Assembly (NCBI GenBank): GCA_002633005.1
Contig: NMRA01000618.1
Coordinates: 1 to 53,315 of the forward strand
Length of the DNA: 53,315 nucleotides
From: Phoronis australis
Lineage: Eukaryota > Animalia > Phoronida
Direction: 5' to 3'
In this document: piece after piece, positions 1 through 12,288 of the stretch
How positions within the stretch are numbered: position 1 is the stretch's first letter
How the letters are laid out: each line of letters opens with the position of its first letter
The notes under the pieces: generated by a model
The model's input: only the letters and a program-made list of their open reading frames with translations
Database searches by the model: none
What the model was told of the DNA's origin: nothing
Position numbers and translations under genes: made by a program

Positions 1-299
1 CTGATAAACTTTTAGAAATCATTCCAAACAATAATAATGCTTTGATGTACGAAAAGATCCCGATTGCTACGTCAAGAATCGTATCACATATCACAACAAA
101 CAAAGATTAACCAGACTGACTGGCGACTGAATGCCGCGAAGTCGACATCGGCGAGTGCCTCAGTTAACAGGCATCGGTACAATAATCATGCAATAATCGT
201 TAGAATAATCACAAACCTTACCTTTGTATGAGGTCGTGCTTACTTCCTCTCATAGAAGCACTCTTTTTACGCAATCTCAGATTCAGTTGGCATGGCTGC

Positions 300-1595
300 A
301 AGCCATTTCACCGTGTATTTAAAGGGCTCGCGAAATCGAGGCTGTTAATCTGTCACCACTAGTACACGCACGCCCTCTAGTTATTGTAGATTTTCCGAAT
401 AGCACCATTGCTGACTGAGCTTGCCCAATATTATACATATGTCTACCATTTTCATCTAGTCTGTACGACATGCTATAAACGACCCTTAGATAACGTTCCT
501 GTGGCATATTCAACATTTTAAACCAGTAACCGCCATTTTGATACAGCTAACAAAGTATCTTGCAAACAGAAGATGACTGCCACATTCACCCAATACTACA
601 GCGTTAGAGCAAGAACCGCCAAGTCCCAGTGTCAATTTACAAAATTTAAATGAATTTTTTCTAAACACTCGTATCCTTTAAAACCCCAAATCTCGGCACC
701 ATAACGTAATGTTGGGAACACCAGTTTATCAAATAACTGAAAGGCGAGTGATGGGGGCATATCGCGTCATCTGCGCTGTAGTTTCAAAACATATGATGCA
801 GCTTTACTTGCTTGACAATAGAGAGTTTTTGTCGCTTTTGACCATGACAATTTAGGTGTGATAAAAACACCAAGATATTTATAATGATATCAAGTTGTTT
901 GTTAAAAAACATTTCTCATAATTTCTTAAGTGGTCTCCATTTCTAAATACAATTATTTTGTTTTTTTTTTAATTCACAGCAGTAACACATGAATCACAAT
1001 AATCGTCAAGACAATTCAAAATACGTTGCAAGTTAGATGCTGTTAGTGTGTACAAAACCATGCCATCTTCATATAATAATGAATTAATATTCATGCGCGC
1101 ACCCAGCCTTCAATATGGGGGCTCGAATTCCTGGCAATGTCGACCTTTTACTAACAAAATAGTAAGGCGACTAAAAAGTACCACGACCGTAGCTGTATGA
1201 ATTGTGCGTTAGTAGACTTTCATCTCGTTTTCTCGGACTTTCTGTTTCTCTGGGGCTGGGTGCGCGCATGATATTTGTAGCATGCTCATCAAAGTAGATG
1301 CTTTTAAAGTCAATAGGTGAATCGAGTTTTTCTAAAAATTCATTGAGATGCAGAACAAATAGCAGAGGGTTTATCACACAGCCTTGACGAGTACCAATAG
1401 TGCAATAACATGTAAATAAGTCTATTAAACAATCAGGTGTTTTAACTCGTGATCTCAACATGCTATACACATATCGCAGAATTGATAACATATTACCATG
1501 AACATTAATTTGCATAAGTCTATGAAAGAGTAAAATATGTGGTACTCGATCAAAAGCTTTTGAAAAGTCAATATATGCACAAAAGAACCCAGCTT
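300..1595 (-). mobile_element. Degenerate non-LTR retrotransposon (LINE) reverse-transcriptase remnant
   Basis: Minus-strand peptides FCAYIDFSKAFDRVPH, GTRQGCVINPLLFVL, LLYEDGMVL (decayed YADD), KYLGVFI and the C-terminal MLNMPQERY; frameshifts and stops present. Confidence 0.9.
1092..1270. mobile_element. MITE with CATGCGCGCACCCAGCC TIRs inserted in the LINE; 5-bp TSD ATATT
   Basis: Perfect 17-bp TIRs; ATATT at 1087-1091 and 1271-1275; removing the element restores the LINE frame (..ATNINSLLY..). Confidence 0.85.
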
Positions 1596-2329
1596 TTGTA
1601 AGTATATGGATCTTGATTGTGACTTACCCGTCTAACGGCCTTCATACCGGCCCATTTCTCATCGAACTTGTAATAGGAAACTGACCTTTTGTAGGCAGCC
1701 CGTTTTTCGTTAGAAGCCCAGTGGTGTATAATTACAGCAGAAACTAAAGACTCATAATTTAATTCCTAAATTATCATCATTTCGCATACCTGACACGTTT
1801 AAACGATATTTTTGTTTCTAAAATACGAAAAACAATAGGGTGTTTTAGTAGCATAAAAACGGAATGAGCCAGAGAGGTTAAATCAATGAGAAGTTAAACC
1901 AGCAGGGAAATAATTTCAATAATTCAAAAGATGTCTACCCGACAAAAACGAAGATATTAGAATATGGACGTCCTATTTTTTTCATTTTAGTCGAACGAAA
2001 AAATACTGTAGCATGGGAAATTAAAACGTATAACATTTTGGTAGTCTTGCGGAGTGGCTGGAAAAATTGAAAAAGTGGGATATTCCGTCAAGAGTGGAAC
2101 AGTTGGCTAGTAGCATGTACACTGTCAGCAAGACGAAGAATTGGCCTGGATATTTTACAAGGTAAACTTTCATTATTTTCAGATTAATTTGACTGGTAAA
2201 GGTAAATATTATAAGTAAAATTCACTGCCCCGAAATATCATTTATAAAAAAGATTTGGGCAACAGGTAAACATTGCGCAAATGAATTATTATAGAAACAA
2301 TTGAAACCCGTAATAATTTATGGAAATAC

Positions 2330-2348
2330 AAACACACACACACACACA
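2330..2348. repeat. (AC)n microsatellite
   Basis: acacacacacacacacac. Confidence 0.8.
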
Positions 2349-2600
2349 CCCTTAGCTAAGCAAATAAAATTAATGTTTCGAATTTTACGTAAACACACCT
2401 GTTAGTAGGCCCTAAACCTTTCATTTATAATTACAGAACAAACACTCAGAAACCAAAAGTCACTTCTTTCCGTAAAATACTGCCACATTTTGAACACCCG
2501 GTACATATAAAGAATGACCAATGTATGGTTTGTTGACTAACTTTGTGGGGAAGTCGCTAGTTGTCTGTTCGCAACTACGCAAACGAAATGACATCGAAAT

Positions 2601-3016
2601 GGAATATAGTTCTAGTAAAACCCCCTCCACCCCCACGACCCCCGCCCATCCCATGACCCCCACGACCATCTAGACCCAGGACACCCTCGACCCACAAGCT
2701 CTAGACCCACGACTCACAACCTCCATGGCCCACAACCCCTTCCACCAAGTCTACACAAGCTCGAGTAGATCTGAACATAAAAAAGCGCTGACTTGCAGGA
2801 GCAAAGAGTCGGGCTGTGAGCTCGGCTGGCTTTTCCCTGTATTTTTTGCAATCAAGAGGGTCGGTTCGGCAACTTTGAAAGTCAAAAACAGAAAAAAACA
2901 ACAACGTGACCAAATCAAATCAGATGCCTGTCAACGTTACAAATGTCGCAGAACAGGGGGTGGTGGGTCGTGGGGGTTATGGGTCGAGGGGGGTCGTGGG
3001 TNTTTTAGAACACTCC
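2601..3016. mobile_element. MITE with GGA..GTTCTA(A)AA TIRs and ACCCCCACG/ACCCCTCG subterminal repeats; 6-bp TSD CGAAAT
   Basis: C-rich repeats at the left end are mirrored by G-rich repeats at the right; CGAAAT at 2595-2600 and 3017-3022. Confidence 0.7.
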
Positions 3017-3520
3017 CGAAATTTGTTTCTGGTGGGTTCAACATGAACCGTTCCCTGAAGTACAGGACCACAAGTCTTGTGAAGTGCGCATGCGCTGCCT
3101 TGCATAGTGGAAAACGTTAGCAGTTGCCTGTTAAACCAGACAATTGACAACGAATTGGTCGCAGCGGTCGACAAGGCGAAACAATGTAGGCCTAATGCAG
3201 AGGAAGTTGGATATAATTTTGTTTTTGACGAAGCAAAACTTACAATCCAGGGGACACCATGAGTACGGCCTATTCTCGAACAGAGGCAATTGTTTAAAGT
3301 TGTGACAATGTTATCTAAGTGCGACCCCGTCTTGAAAGAGTACTTGTAAAGCCTAGAACAGTCGTAGGTGAGATGCACGTGTTAACTAATTATCTCATAA
3401 GGTACGGAACGAATTTATTCATGTGCTGGCGGATCATGTTGGAAAAATACTGAGCGTAATTAAGTCAGCCAAATACTACGGACAGGTACACTGTATTTGA
3501 TAGCATACCTGACGAATCCT

Positions 3521-3801
3521 GGATTGTTCTAAAACCTTTTCGACCCCCACACCCCACGACCCCCTCGACGCACGACCCCCTACACGAGTATACAGCAGAA
3601 AGTAAATAATAAAATGTGAAAATACGTCCTTTTACGTTTACGTAATCTCTAGACGTTCATGGGAGTCATTCAACGACCTAATGTGATTACGAAATTGTAA
3701 CATACATCTATTGGCGCATTTCGTAGGTCGAGGGGGTCGTGGGGGTTGTGAGTTGAGCGGATCGAGGGGGTTGGGGGGTCAAAAGGGTTTTCGAAAAATC
3801 C
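3521..3801. mobile_element. Related MITE (GGATTGTTCTAAAACC...GGTTTTCGAAAAATCC)
   Basis: Inverted termini with cgacccc/gggggtcg arrays; splits the hAT PDES|H motif. Confidence 0.7.
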
Positions 3802-6419
3802 CACACAGGCCGAGTTTCTCAAGTTAATAACAGATACGTGAAAATTGACGGGTGCAATGTAGAAGTAAAAGAAGCATTTTTGGAATTCAAAGCATTGCAG
3901 TGGAGATGTGCGTTCGCCGGATGAAAATGAAATTGTCAGGAGAGCAGTCGTCAGACTAGCTTCTGTCGTTGACGGACGGACCTAACTAAACGGGAAACGT
4001 TTGAATGTTTAGAGATATTTGCAGTTGAGTTGAATTCCAGATCGGGAATTTCCAGTTGTTCACCATTTTCACGAAAGACGTCGCTCTAGTCGGCAGTGTT
4101 GGCTTACGTAGTGAATTGTTGCTCACCGCCTACAGTTTTAAAGCAGAATGCCACCCAAAAAGCAACCTATTTTGTATCAATTTAGATCGAATAATTCTAC
4201 TCGATAACGGCAGGTTTGGTTGCGTTACATGACACCTGACGGCAGACGGAGGTGTTGAAATTATCCAATGACGTAATTGATTTCACGCGCAGTCTGTTCA
4301 GCAGTTCACAACACGGGTTAACGGTGTCAGCTTATCGCTTGAATTCATCGTTTAACGCCATTAAATCATCAAACTTCTATGAAAAACCCTTAAAAATACA
4401 CCGAGATCTTATAAAAACGTGTTGTTTTATTTTGTTGTTACGGATTTACTGGTATTTGGGCACACCGTAGCCTATAAAGTTCGGCAGGCCAATTTACCAA
4501 GGTCCGTAGCAGGAGTTTGGGGTCTGTTCGGAGATAAATTCGAAGAATTCTTCCGTGAAATACAGACAGGAGAACCTAGATCTGTTTTGTTTATACTTGT
4601 GATTTTTTGAGTTCTAAACACGCAAAACGCTTGTTATCCCGGCCATTGGCTCGGAACCCGATCAGGCCCGTCGCAGCCGCAGGGACTGGCAGGAACATAA
4701 ACCAGCTTGAATTGGAAACTAAACATCCAGTCACGAAAAGACTATAATAGTGAACCAAAGAAATAATGTGCACGCAATTCTTTATGTGAATTAGCCACGA
4801 AACTGAAAATCTACTTACTTGTCGGGGGCCGCGAAGTCGGGGTTTCTCTTCCACAGGCCGTCAGGGCAAAGGTTGTACAGTAACAATGATTTGAATAATG
4901 TATAGTGTAGAATTAGTACTCATGTGTTGGGTTTGTGAGAAGGGAGATGATTGCATCTTGCCACCCTCAACTCTCTGAAAGCGAAGTAACTTTTAAAGGT
5001 GGCAGAGCAGAAGAGATAGCCTGAGGTGGACTGGGTCTGAACCATGCAGAAATTAAATATGCTACTGGTAAGTAAATTTCCTGCTCATCAATGGTTTCCT
5101 CATTGTTGTAAAATGTGAAAATGTTTCAACCTCTGTAATTATAGCTGTGAGAAAGTTGAACAATAAACTCTGTAACGCTTAGCTTCGTCAGTTGTACTTT
5201 TTAACGACGTCATTTTTAATAATTATATATAATAGGACATTTTTGTTTGAAATTTAAAGATGCAAGTTAAAGGTGGCAGAAACTGAAGATCAATTGAAAT
5301 TACGGCTGAAGTGCTGAGCTAAAGTATGCTGGGGACAGAGACGGTGTCAGAAGATAGGAGGCAACAAACAGGTGAACAACAATGTTATAGTTTTCAAAAT
5401 CGATGAATTGGCAAATCTTTTGAACACCTAGTCTTTCTAGCATTGTGAACAAAACTGATTTTTTCAACTTTTGTAGTAGTCTTCCTTATATAGAGTTTAG
5501 TTTTTCATAACAAGCTAAACCTAAACTTTTTGAATATGAAACCAAAGGCCTCAACATATGTTTTTGATGAATTTGCTTCGTAGTGAATATTTAACTTACT
5601 TTCATGTATTTTTGCTATTTGCAGGGAAAGCTGTGCAAGTTCTAGATTATGTCCAAGAACTTGGTAGTAGATACAGATTGATTCTGCAGTGCATATTACT
5701 TGGGCCTTCTTGTATAAAGGTTTAAATGGGAGTAATTTATGCCTGACTAAAATATTTCGTATTTTATTTAACTTGGAGATGGCATCTTAATTTCGTACTG
5801 ATATGTTTCAATCTGGTCAAATTTTAACATTCTGTTAAGTCTTTTTAAAAGTTTATACTGCTTGTGCCCCAGTTCTTATGAAGACTCTGTTTTGAGAGAC
5901 ATCTTCTTCAACTTACATTAAATTCTTAGACAGTTGAGTGAAGTGCATTGTTACAGTTGCTAAAATTGCTTTAAATTCCAGTGCTCTATATTCCATAGCT
6001 TGATTAACATTCAGTTTTTCATTGAAATGTTTAGGATTAATTATTTGCTACTACGATGTTCATTTAGGCACATAATTGTATTTTAGTTTATTGATTCACA
6101 TCTCATGTCTTGTGTTTTTCATAGTGGCCCATGGATCCCTGTTTAAGTATCCCTGAAAATTTTTGAGTTGTATTTTACCAAATGTTTGGCATACGCATAA
6201 TTCTTGTAGCCATAATTACAGTAAGTTTGTCTATTTGCTCGTATTTCTCTATTTTATGTCCTGTAATGAAACCCTAATTACTGGAAAGCTCACTTTGGCA
6301 ACTATTAGGCTAATGGAACAATGATCAATTTTATTTTTTTGTTCCAAACGTAGTTTTGAGTATTCTTTGATATATAAACTCAGGCTTTGTAATGAGCATT
6401 ATTTTTTTAGTCTAGAATT

Positions 6420-6664
6420 CATGCGCGCACCCAGCCAGGGGGGCTCGATTTTTTGAAAATGTGGACCTTCTACTCAGATTCAGTGTTACGTTCAGATCTA
6501 TGAATTTTGCATTCCTAGAATTTTGGTTGTTCCTGCGTTTTTAGTGGACTTTTGTTTTCTACTTTTTTCGATGTTTTTTTTTTCTACATGGCTGACATTT
6601 TTGCCCACACTATCAAACGAAAGGGGGCTCGTTTGAACCCCCGAGCCCCCCGGGTGCACGCATA
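6420..6664. mobile_element. Second copy of the CATGCGCGCACCCAG MITE family
   Basis: Starts catgcgcgcacccagccagggggg and ends cccccgggtgcacgcata; internal similarity to 1092-1270. Confidence 0.75.
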
Positions 6665-7186
6665 GTAATTATTAAGTCTTAAGCTTTACGGATGAAGTGT
6701 TTGTTTCTCCTACAGTGTAATTATAACGTTAGCACAGTTTTCAATGAAAGTCACTATGCGAGGCTTGCCACAAATTTACATATTCAAAGTCATAATAAGA
6801 TATTTGCATCTTTGAAAGTTATCTTATGTGCAAATAGTTTATTTTTATGATTTACTTCATCATTTACCATTTTTGTTATACTGGTATTGATATGTTTTAA
6901 TCAAATACTTAAAGAACACAGGAATGCCTTTAATGGCACACTGTGTGCTGTGCATATCCTGATGTACAATCCGAGCATTGTTGTCGCCACCAGTTGGTTG
7001 GGTGGCCCTGGCTGTTTTTGACATGTTCTGGACTGTTTACCAACGTCGAACCTACCTGCGACTTTTTAACCACGTGCGTTTTCCGATTGCTCCCATAGAT
7101 GACATACTGATTTAATCGTTAAACCAGTACATGCATGTCCTCTATGGACCAAGCGGCAAAAGCAGGTGGCTGAATAGTCAAAGGTC

Positions 7187-7519
7187 GGTGCGACGTTGGC
7201 AAACGGTCGCCTCTAAGTTGGCGCGACGTTGGCAAACAGTTGCCTCTTAGTTGGTGCAACGTTGGCGAAAAGCCGCCTCTACGTTGGTGCGACGTTGGAG
7301 AACAGTAGCCTCTAAGTTGGTGCGACGTCGGTAAACAATCGCTTGCAGGGTGGCGGGACGTTGATAAGTGGTCGGAATTGAATTGGCGCGACGTCGGTAA
7401 AGGGTCGTATTTCATCCGATGGACAAAATCACGTTGGTCCGACGTCAGACACCAACGTTGGCCCGACGTAACGTGAGTCGTCGGACCGACGTTGGACCAC
7501 CGTCAGCATGCTATCTGGG
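7187..7519. mobile_element. Terminal region of a CACTA/EnSpm-like DNA element: ~7 x 33-bp tandem repeats plus a ...GCTATCTGGG terminus
   Basis: Unit GGTGCGACGTTGGCAAACRGTCGCCTCTAAGTT; palindromic CCAACGTTGG/CCGACGTCGG motifs; the end reads CCCAGATAGCA in reverse, a terminus I recall from animal EnSpm non-autonomous elements. Confidence 0.6.
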
Positions 7520-9932
7520 ACGAGTTAGGTAGTTGCTTACTGGTCTCCGGCAACAGCGTAGTCAAAAATTAAACGAATGCGCTCTAAGGAGAAGAACTTA
7601 GAATTTAGGTTGACAACGAAAACTAAGATTACCGAAGTTTTGACCACGACCAACACATCGGTGATGACGCTGGCACTAGCTTACAACACCAATGATGACG
7701 TCACCAACATTGGGTCAACAACGACTGCAATTGTGAGTCACAAAAAACGTATGGCGAGTTTTCATGAGGCGTTTGAGCGCATAAAAGAAAATATGTAGCG
7801 GCTTCTATTAGTCCGTAACAACACTATGCAAAAATTGTAAGTATACGTAATCGGTACTGCGTTTTTTGAAATGGATTGAGTAGCGATTGGATATGATGTC
7901 ACACACAATGACCCAACGAGATAAATATACCTCATTGCATTGACTGAGAAGTCCATCACGCTTAATGCTTCACGCATTTGGTCTAAGGCACAAGTCGTAA
8001 CGAGATGCAGATCACTTATTCAAGATAACTCTGGCAACAAAGCAACTACTGTACATGTACACAGATGTCGATCATGCACCAACAACTATGACAACAATGT
8101 CAATGACCAGAATGTTGCTGCCCGTGAGTAAGATCCCCCCCACTAAATACGCCACTGCCGATGTCAACATCAGCGAGCCGCCCAAAGCAGGGAGACTTTG
8201 GTATCGTTGTTAATGTTAAAAAAACGCAACATATTCAGTTTAAATCTGTTTCCACCCCATGCCACCACCAACAGCGTGAGTGGCTGTGAATCGGTTGACA
8301 CCTAGATAAAAAAGCACAGCTCTGTTTTGAATATTTCATGATTGCCAAAATTTTTGTAACCCCGCAATCCAAAATTGGTGCCACACATGAATTAAATAAT
8401 GTTTTTAATGTTTCGAATCCTAGATTCTAGTTAACACGGAATATTGAGCATATCTTCCCTAACGCTCTAACAGAAGCTTCAGATACGCATTCGAATTTTC
8501 TTTGAAGTCAAGGTGTTGATCCAGTTGTATTAGGATTTATAACTAAGGACACTGTTTAAAACAAATTCAAAATTGCTTCTAGGCATGGAGGTAGCTCAAA
8601 AATGGACAATGTTAGATTTTGCCATGTTTACAACCATTCTACACATTTTATACCTTCAACATACATGTATCTTGCTTGTCATTTTCATTCTTAGACAAAA
8701 GTGCAATATCGTCGGCATAAAGAAGCACTGAAATATTGTTCGGGCGGCGACTGCCCACGGCCATCTAAATAGGCAGCATCCAGGTACCACGAATGAACTT
8801 TTTGAAATTCCGAATGATTTGTAGTTAAAAAATTAAATATAGATTTATATTTTCATCTTTTTTACATAATTAATACCAGGGTCCACGCAGTTTTAAGAGT
8901 ACAGAGAGACGCATCCAATGAAAAATCCCCTCTGTGCGCTAGTGACTGTGGGGTGTACCTAGTCAGGCTCACACTCAGTGCTCATCAGAAGTGTCGACTT
9001 AACGACACAAGAAACAATTATGGTAGTCGTGGCCAATTGTAATCACTACACCATGTTTTAGGGTTAAAAACACTTTCTCCACAGGTGTAGTTATACTTTG
9101 AAAGCGGTCACCGAATTCGTATCCTTTGCAAGACAAGAATTAATGGGTTTTATAGTGGCTGATAGTAACTGGCTACAAACTTCCAGTAACGAGTCACTTC
9201 TCAAGAATCACAAGGTGGCAGCTCTTGTCTGAAGCCTATGAATAATTTCCAATACGGGTCAGGTAGAAGACTAGACTGATTTCACAATAAGTGGCCAAAA
9301 TTGAATGTTTTTGAAAGGCGCGGCCGATTTATGACCCCTCTAAGTCTTTGTGTGTTCTGTTTTTATACGGATTCCCATGAAGCGGTGGCGTTGGTTTTGC
9401 GCTCGGGTGCACGGCGATTTAATAGTGACAAACGAACACTTCCATGTTATCGTAGCTCACACCCGATGGACACTGGACTAAAATTACAAACTAGTCCAGT
9501 TCTAAGTATACTTACATGTAGTAAATTTAATATTGGAAATTATTTACCCAATGAGGCAAATCGTTATGTAACCCTTGAACGAATCAAAGACATTAAGTAA
9601 TTATTGAAGTTGAACAGAATTTTTCGAAGCCACGTTGGACTTGAGAACCGAGTCCTGGCAACTTGTTTTTTGGGCAATATTTTTACAAGCAATGACAAGT
9701 CTATAACCAGGGGACACTTCCGTTTACTTTTTGACAGCAGGGGCGCATCTCTCAAAAAATTCTACATCCCCGCAAGTTTAAGATAAATGAAATCTTGCAG
9801 ATCTCATTCAGTGTATGTAGCATTGTTAACTCTGGCATATCTTTATTAGGGACCATCACTAATTTATGGACTTCAGCACAATTTAAAATAAAATGAATCT
9901 TGCAACACAACACCAGTAATAATTTACACATA

Positions 9933-9938
9933 TTTATT
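9933..9938 (-). terminator. Candidate polyadenylation signal of Munc18 (would give a ~2.3-kb 3' UTR)
   Basis: AATAAA on the minus strand followed ~20 nt later by a GT/T-rich tract (revcomp of gcaacacaacacc); a second AATAAA lies at 9842-9847. Confidence 0.45.
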
Positions 9939-10479
9939 GCACAATTTGACTGACAACATAAACTCTTTTACTTCTATATGGGTACCTACAGAACAACCTC
10001 TCCATTCAGTTGAACTTGTCACTGGTACATCACTAGACACCACTACAAGCTTACCCATACAAATGTGTTATTCCTGAAAATGACATCAGCATTGTCTCTC
10101 CAATAAGTGGAAACTGGCAAAACTAAAAATTGTTAGCCAAAATACACTGAACATAGAAAGTAAATATCTCCTCATTTCTAACAGTGATGCGTAGCCAGTG
10201 ATACGAAACGAAATGAAAGAAAGGCGAAAGTAAGTGGACCAAGCGAATTAAGGTAAAACATCAACTATTTATGAAATACTTTGCTTTTTTTTCATCCTTG
10301 CTTCACTTCAGACTACCTGTGACTCCAGGCACAGTGTGTTAAGTACTAAAGACAATCCATACATAAACAAAGAATTACATATCAATATGTACATAATATT
10401 ATCTTAGTTAATAATTAATATAAATAATATGTATATAATATATATCTGTTCGGCCTCTTCAGAAGGCAATTTGCTCATA

Positions 10480-10690
10480 TTTCCAACACAATACCCCAAT
10501 TTCCAAGATGAGACCCCTGATTTCCATGATGGGATCCAGATTCCCAAGATTGTACCCCTATTTCCAGGATGAGACGCCGAATAGTGCCCCAATATTTTGA
10601 AGATGGGACCCCAATTTCCAAGAAGGGGGCCCGATTTCCAATACGGGACCCCAATTCGCAAGTTGGGACCCCGATTCCGCAGATGAGACC
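10480..10690. repeat. Degenerate ~20-bp minisatellite (CCCCAATTTCCAAGATGGGA), ~10 units, within the putative Munc18 3' UTR
   Basis: Visible tandem units. Confidence 0.85.
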
Positions 10691-12226
10691 TAAATACATC
10701 AATGTCGAGGACACTATTGAACCTCAAGCAACATAGCTGGAGAATATCACAATACATACAAAAGCAAAACGTACTGATTTCGTTTTTAAACATGCTACTT
10801 TGAAAATCTAACAAGATGTACTGTGTACAATCTTGAGTCTGTTGCATTCAAGCAGATGGATTAATGATCGAGGGTTTAATCCACTGATGGTATAGTCTGA
10901 TCATAGACAAGTTACATTAAAATGTTTTCACTATCGTTAGCAAGTAAAACAAGCCACACAAATCTACCTTACTACAAGGAGAAGTACTGAGACATTGACA
11001 GACACGTGTCTGATACTAACCCTACAGGCGTCTCTTTCACAATCCATTCCAGGCTCATCAATTCATGGATTCACAGGGGTAATCAAAGAACTATCTTCTC
11101 TGCTAGGACCATAAATGCATTGCTAAGGTGTGCTCAATTCAACAGTCGTATTATAAGAACACAGTTCACAAAAACTGCTTTCACAGAACTAACATCTCAT
11201 TTCAAAAGGCTTACTGTGTGTGTGAATGACACCCATGACTTAAAACTGCCCCAAATTCTCAGCCAATATGCAGACTAATTACCCCTTTCAAGCACAAAAT
11301 GATCTCAGAAGCCTTACATCATTTCTTTAATAAACTATCCCATGCTGTCATTCTGAAAGCTAACAAATTTCTCTCCTTCCAAAATGAACAAAACATTAGA
11401 GGAGAAATTTGTTAACGTGTTAGCACTCTTTACCTCTGATTCATTTTTGGGTTTTCACCATAACTTACATGTAGGAGGAACTACACAAATTTCTTGAATA
11501 CTACTGTGGATATTGTGAGCCACCAGGTTCCATTAAAGCAACAGAAATTCTCCAATTTGGGGCAGTCTCTATACTTTGGGAAACTGAAACTCCCACAAAA
11601 AGTTAAATTTTCTCGATTATGGAATTTGAGAAGAGGGCGATTTTGGCGTTCACATGATATTTCTCAAATTTCGTACAAATGTTGTCTATTTCGAGAATTC
11701 TGGATAAGCGCCCACCACATTTTAGCCAGTCTCTCCATTGATTGTTCACAAATTCATCAGTCCACACAAGACAGAAAAAAATGCTCTAAATAAACACTGT
11801 GGTTTTTAGCACTACACGTAACTGGCTTCTTGGGAAGATTATAGTTCAGTTGGTATTTTTTCAAAGAGCAATGCCACATAAACGGAACTTGGAAAAGCGC
11901 TAGAAGCCACTTGGAACAGCTAAATCTCTATATTGTTTTGAAACACCAAGTACTTGTAGGAAATGAATTACGCTAACTCGTTGTATTGAGCTGGACAATG
12001 GCCAGACTGCAACTAAACCATTAACTTGGCAAGCAGGCTTCGTATAGTTTAAACAATACATTATTGTTTTGCACAAACTACAGAGTGCTATGATACCTGA
12101 CTAATAACTTCTCTCCACGTATGTTCCTATACAGTCTCTTTATCAGAACACATTATGTCCATGCTGATGATCAAATGAATGGACTAATACGTTACTGTCG
12201 ACTCATCACATCTCCACCAGATGTCC

Positions 12227-12288
12227 TCAGTTGCTGAGATCTCTCAAGTCTGACAACAAGCCCTCTGGTGTTAGGATGTGTGTAGATC
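12227..12288 (-). CDS. STXBP1: Munc18 exon 15 (terminal coding part)
   Basis: ctgcag|GA TCT ACA CAC...AGC AAC TGA; [20 protein letters not shown]. Confidence 0.95.

Larger units (their letters stand above)
2480..3895 (+). mobile_element. Decayed hAT-superfamily transposase (TTF-zinc finger/DUF4371-type), interrupted by two MITEs
   Basis: Fragments CLF...SKFVSGGF, LTKQNLQSRGHHE...NRGNCL, HKVRNEFIHVLA...IKSAKYY, FDSIPDESH...RYV...VKEAFLEF match the recalled hAT motifs LxxRGH, NxGNF and DxTPDxSH. Confidence 0.75.

Noticed and set aside
7119-7415. ORF with 11-aa repeats (PTSRQLRG...)
   Set aside because: It is only the translation of the 33-bp transposon subterminal repeat
12200-12229. Stop-codon readthrough or alternative C-terminal exon of Munc18
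   Set aside because: TGA-G context lacks the CTAG readthrough motif, the extension is only 6 codons, and no second GSTHIL-type exon was seen downstream
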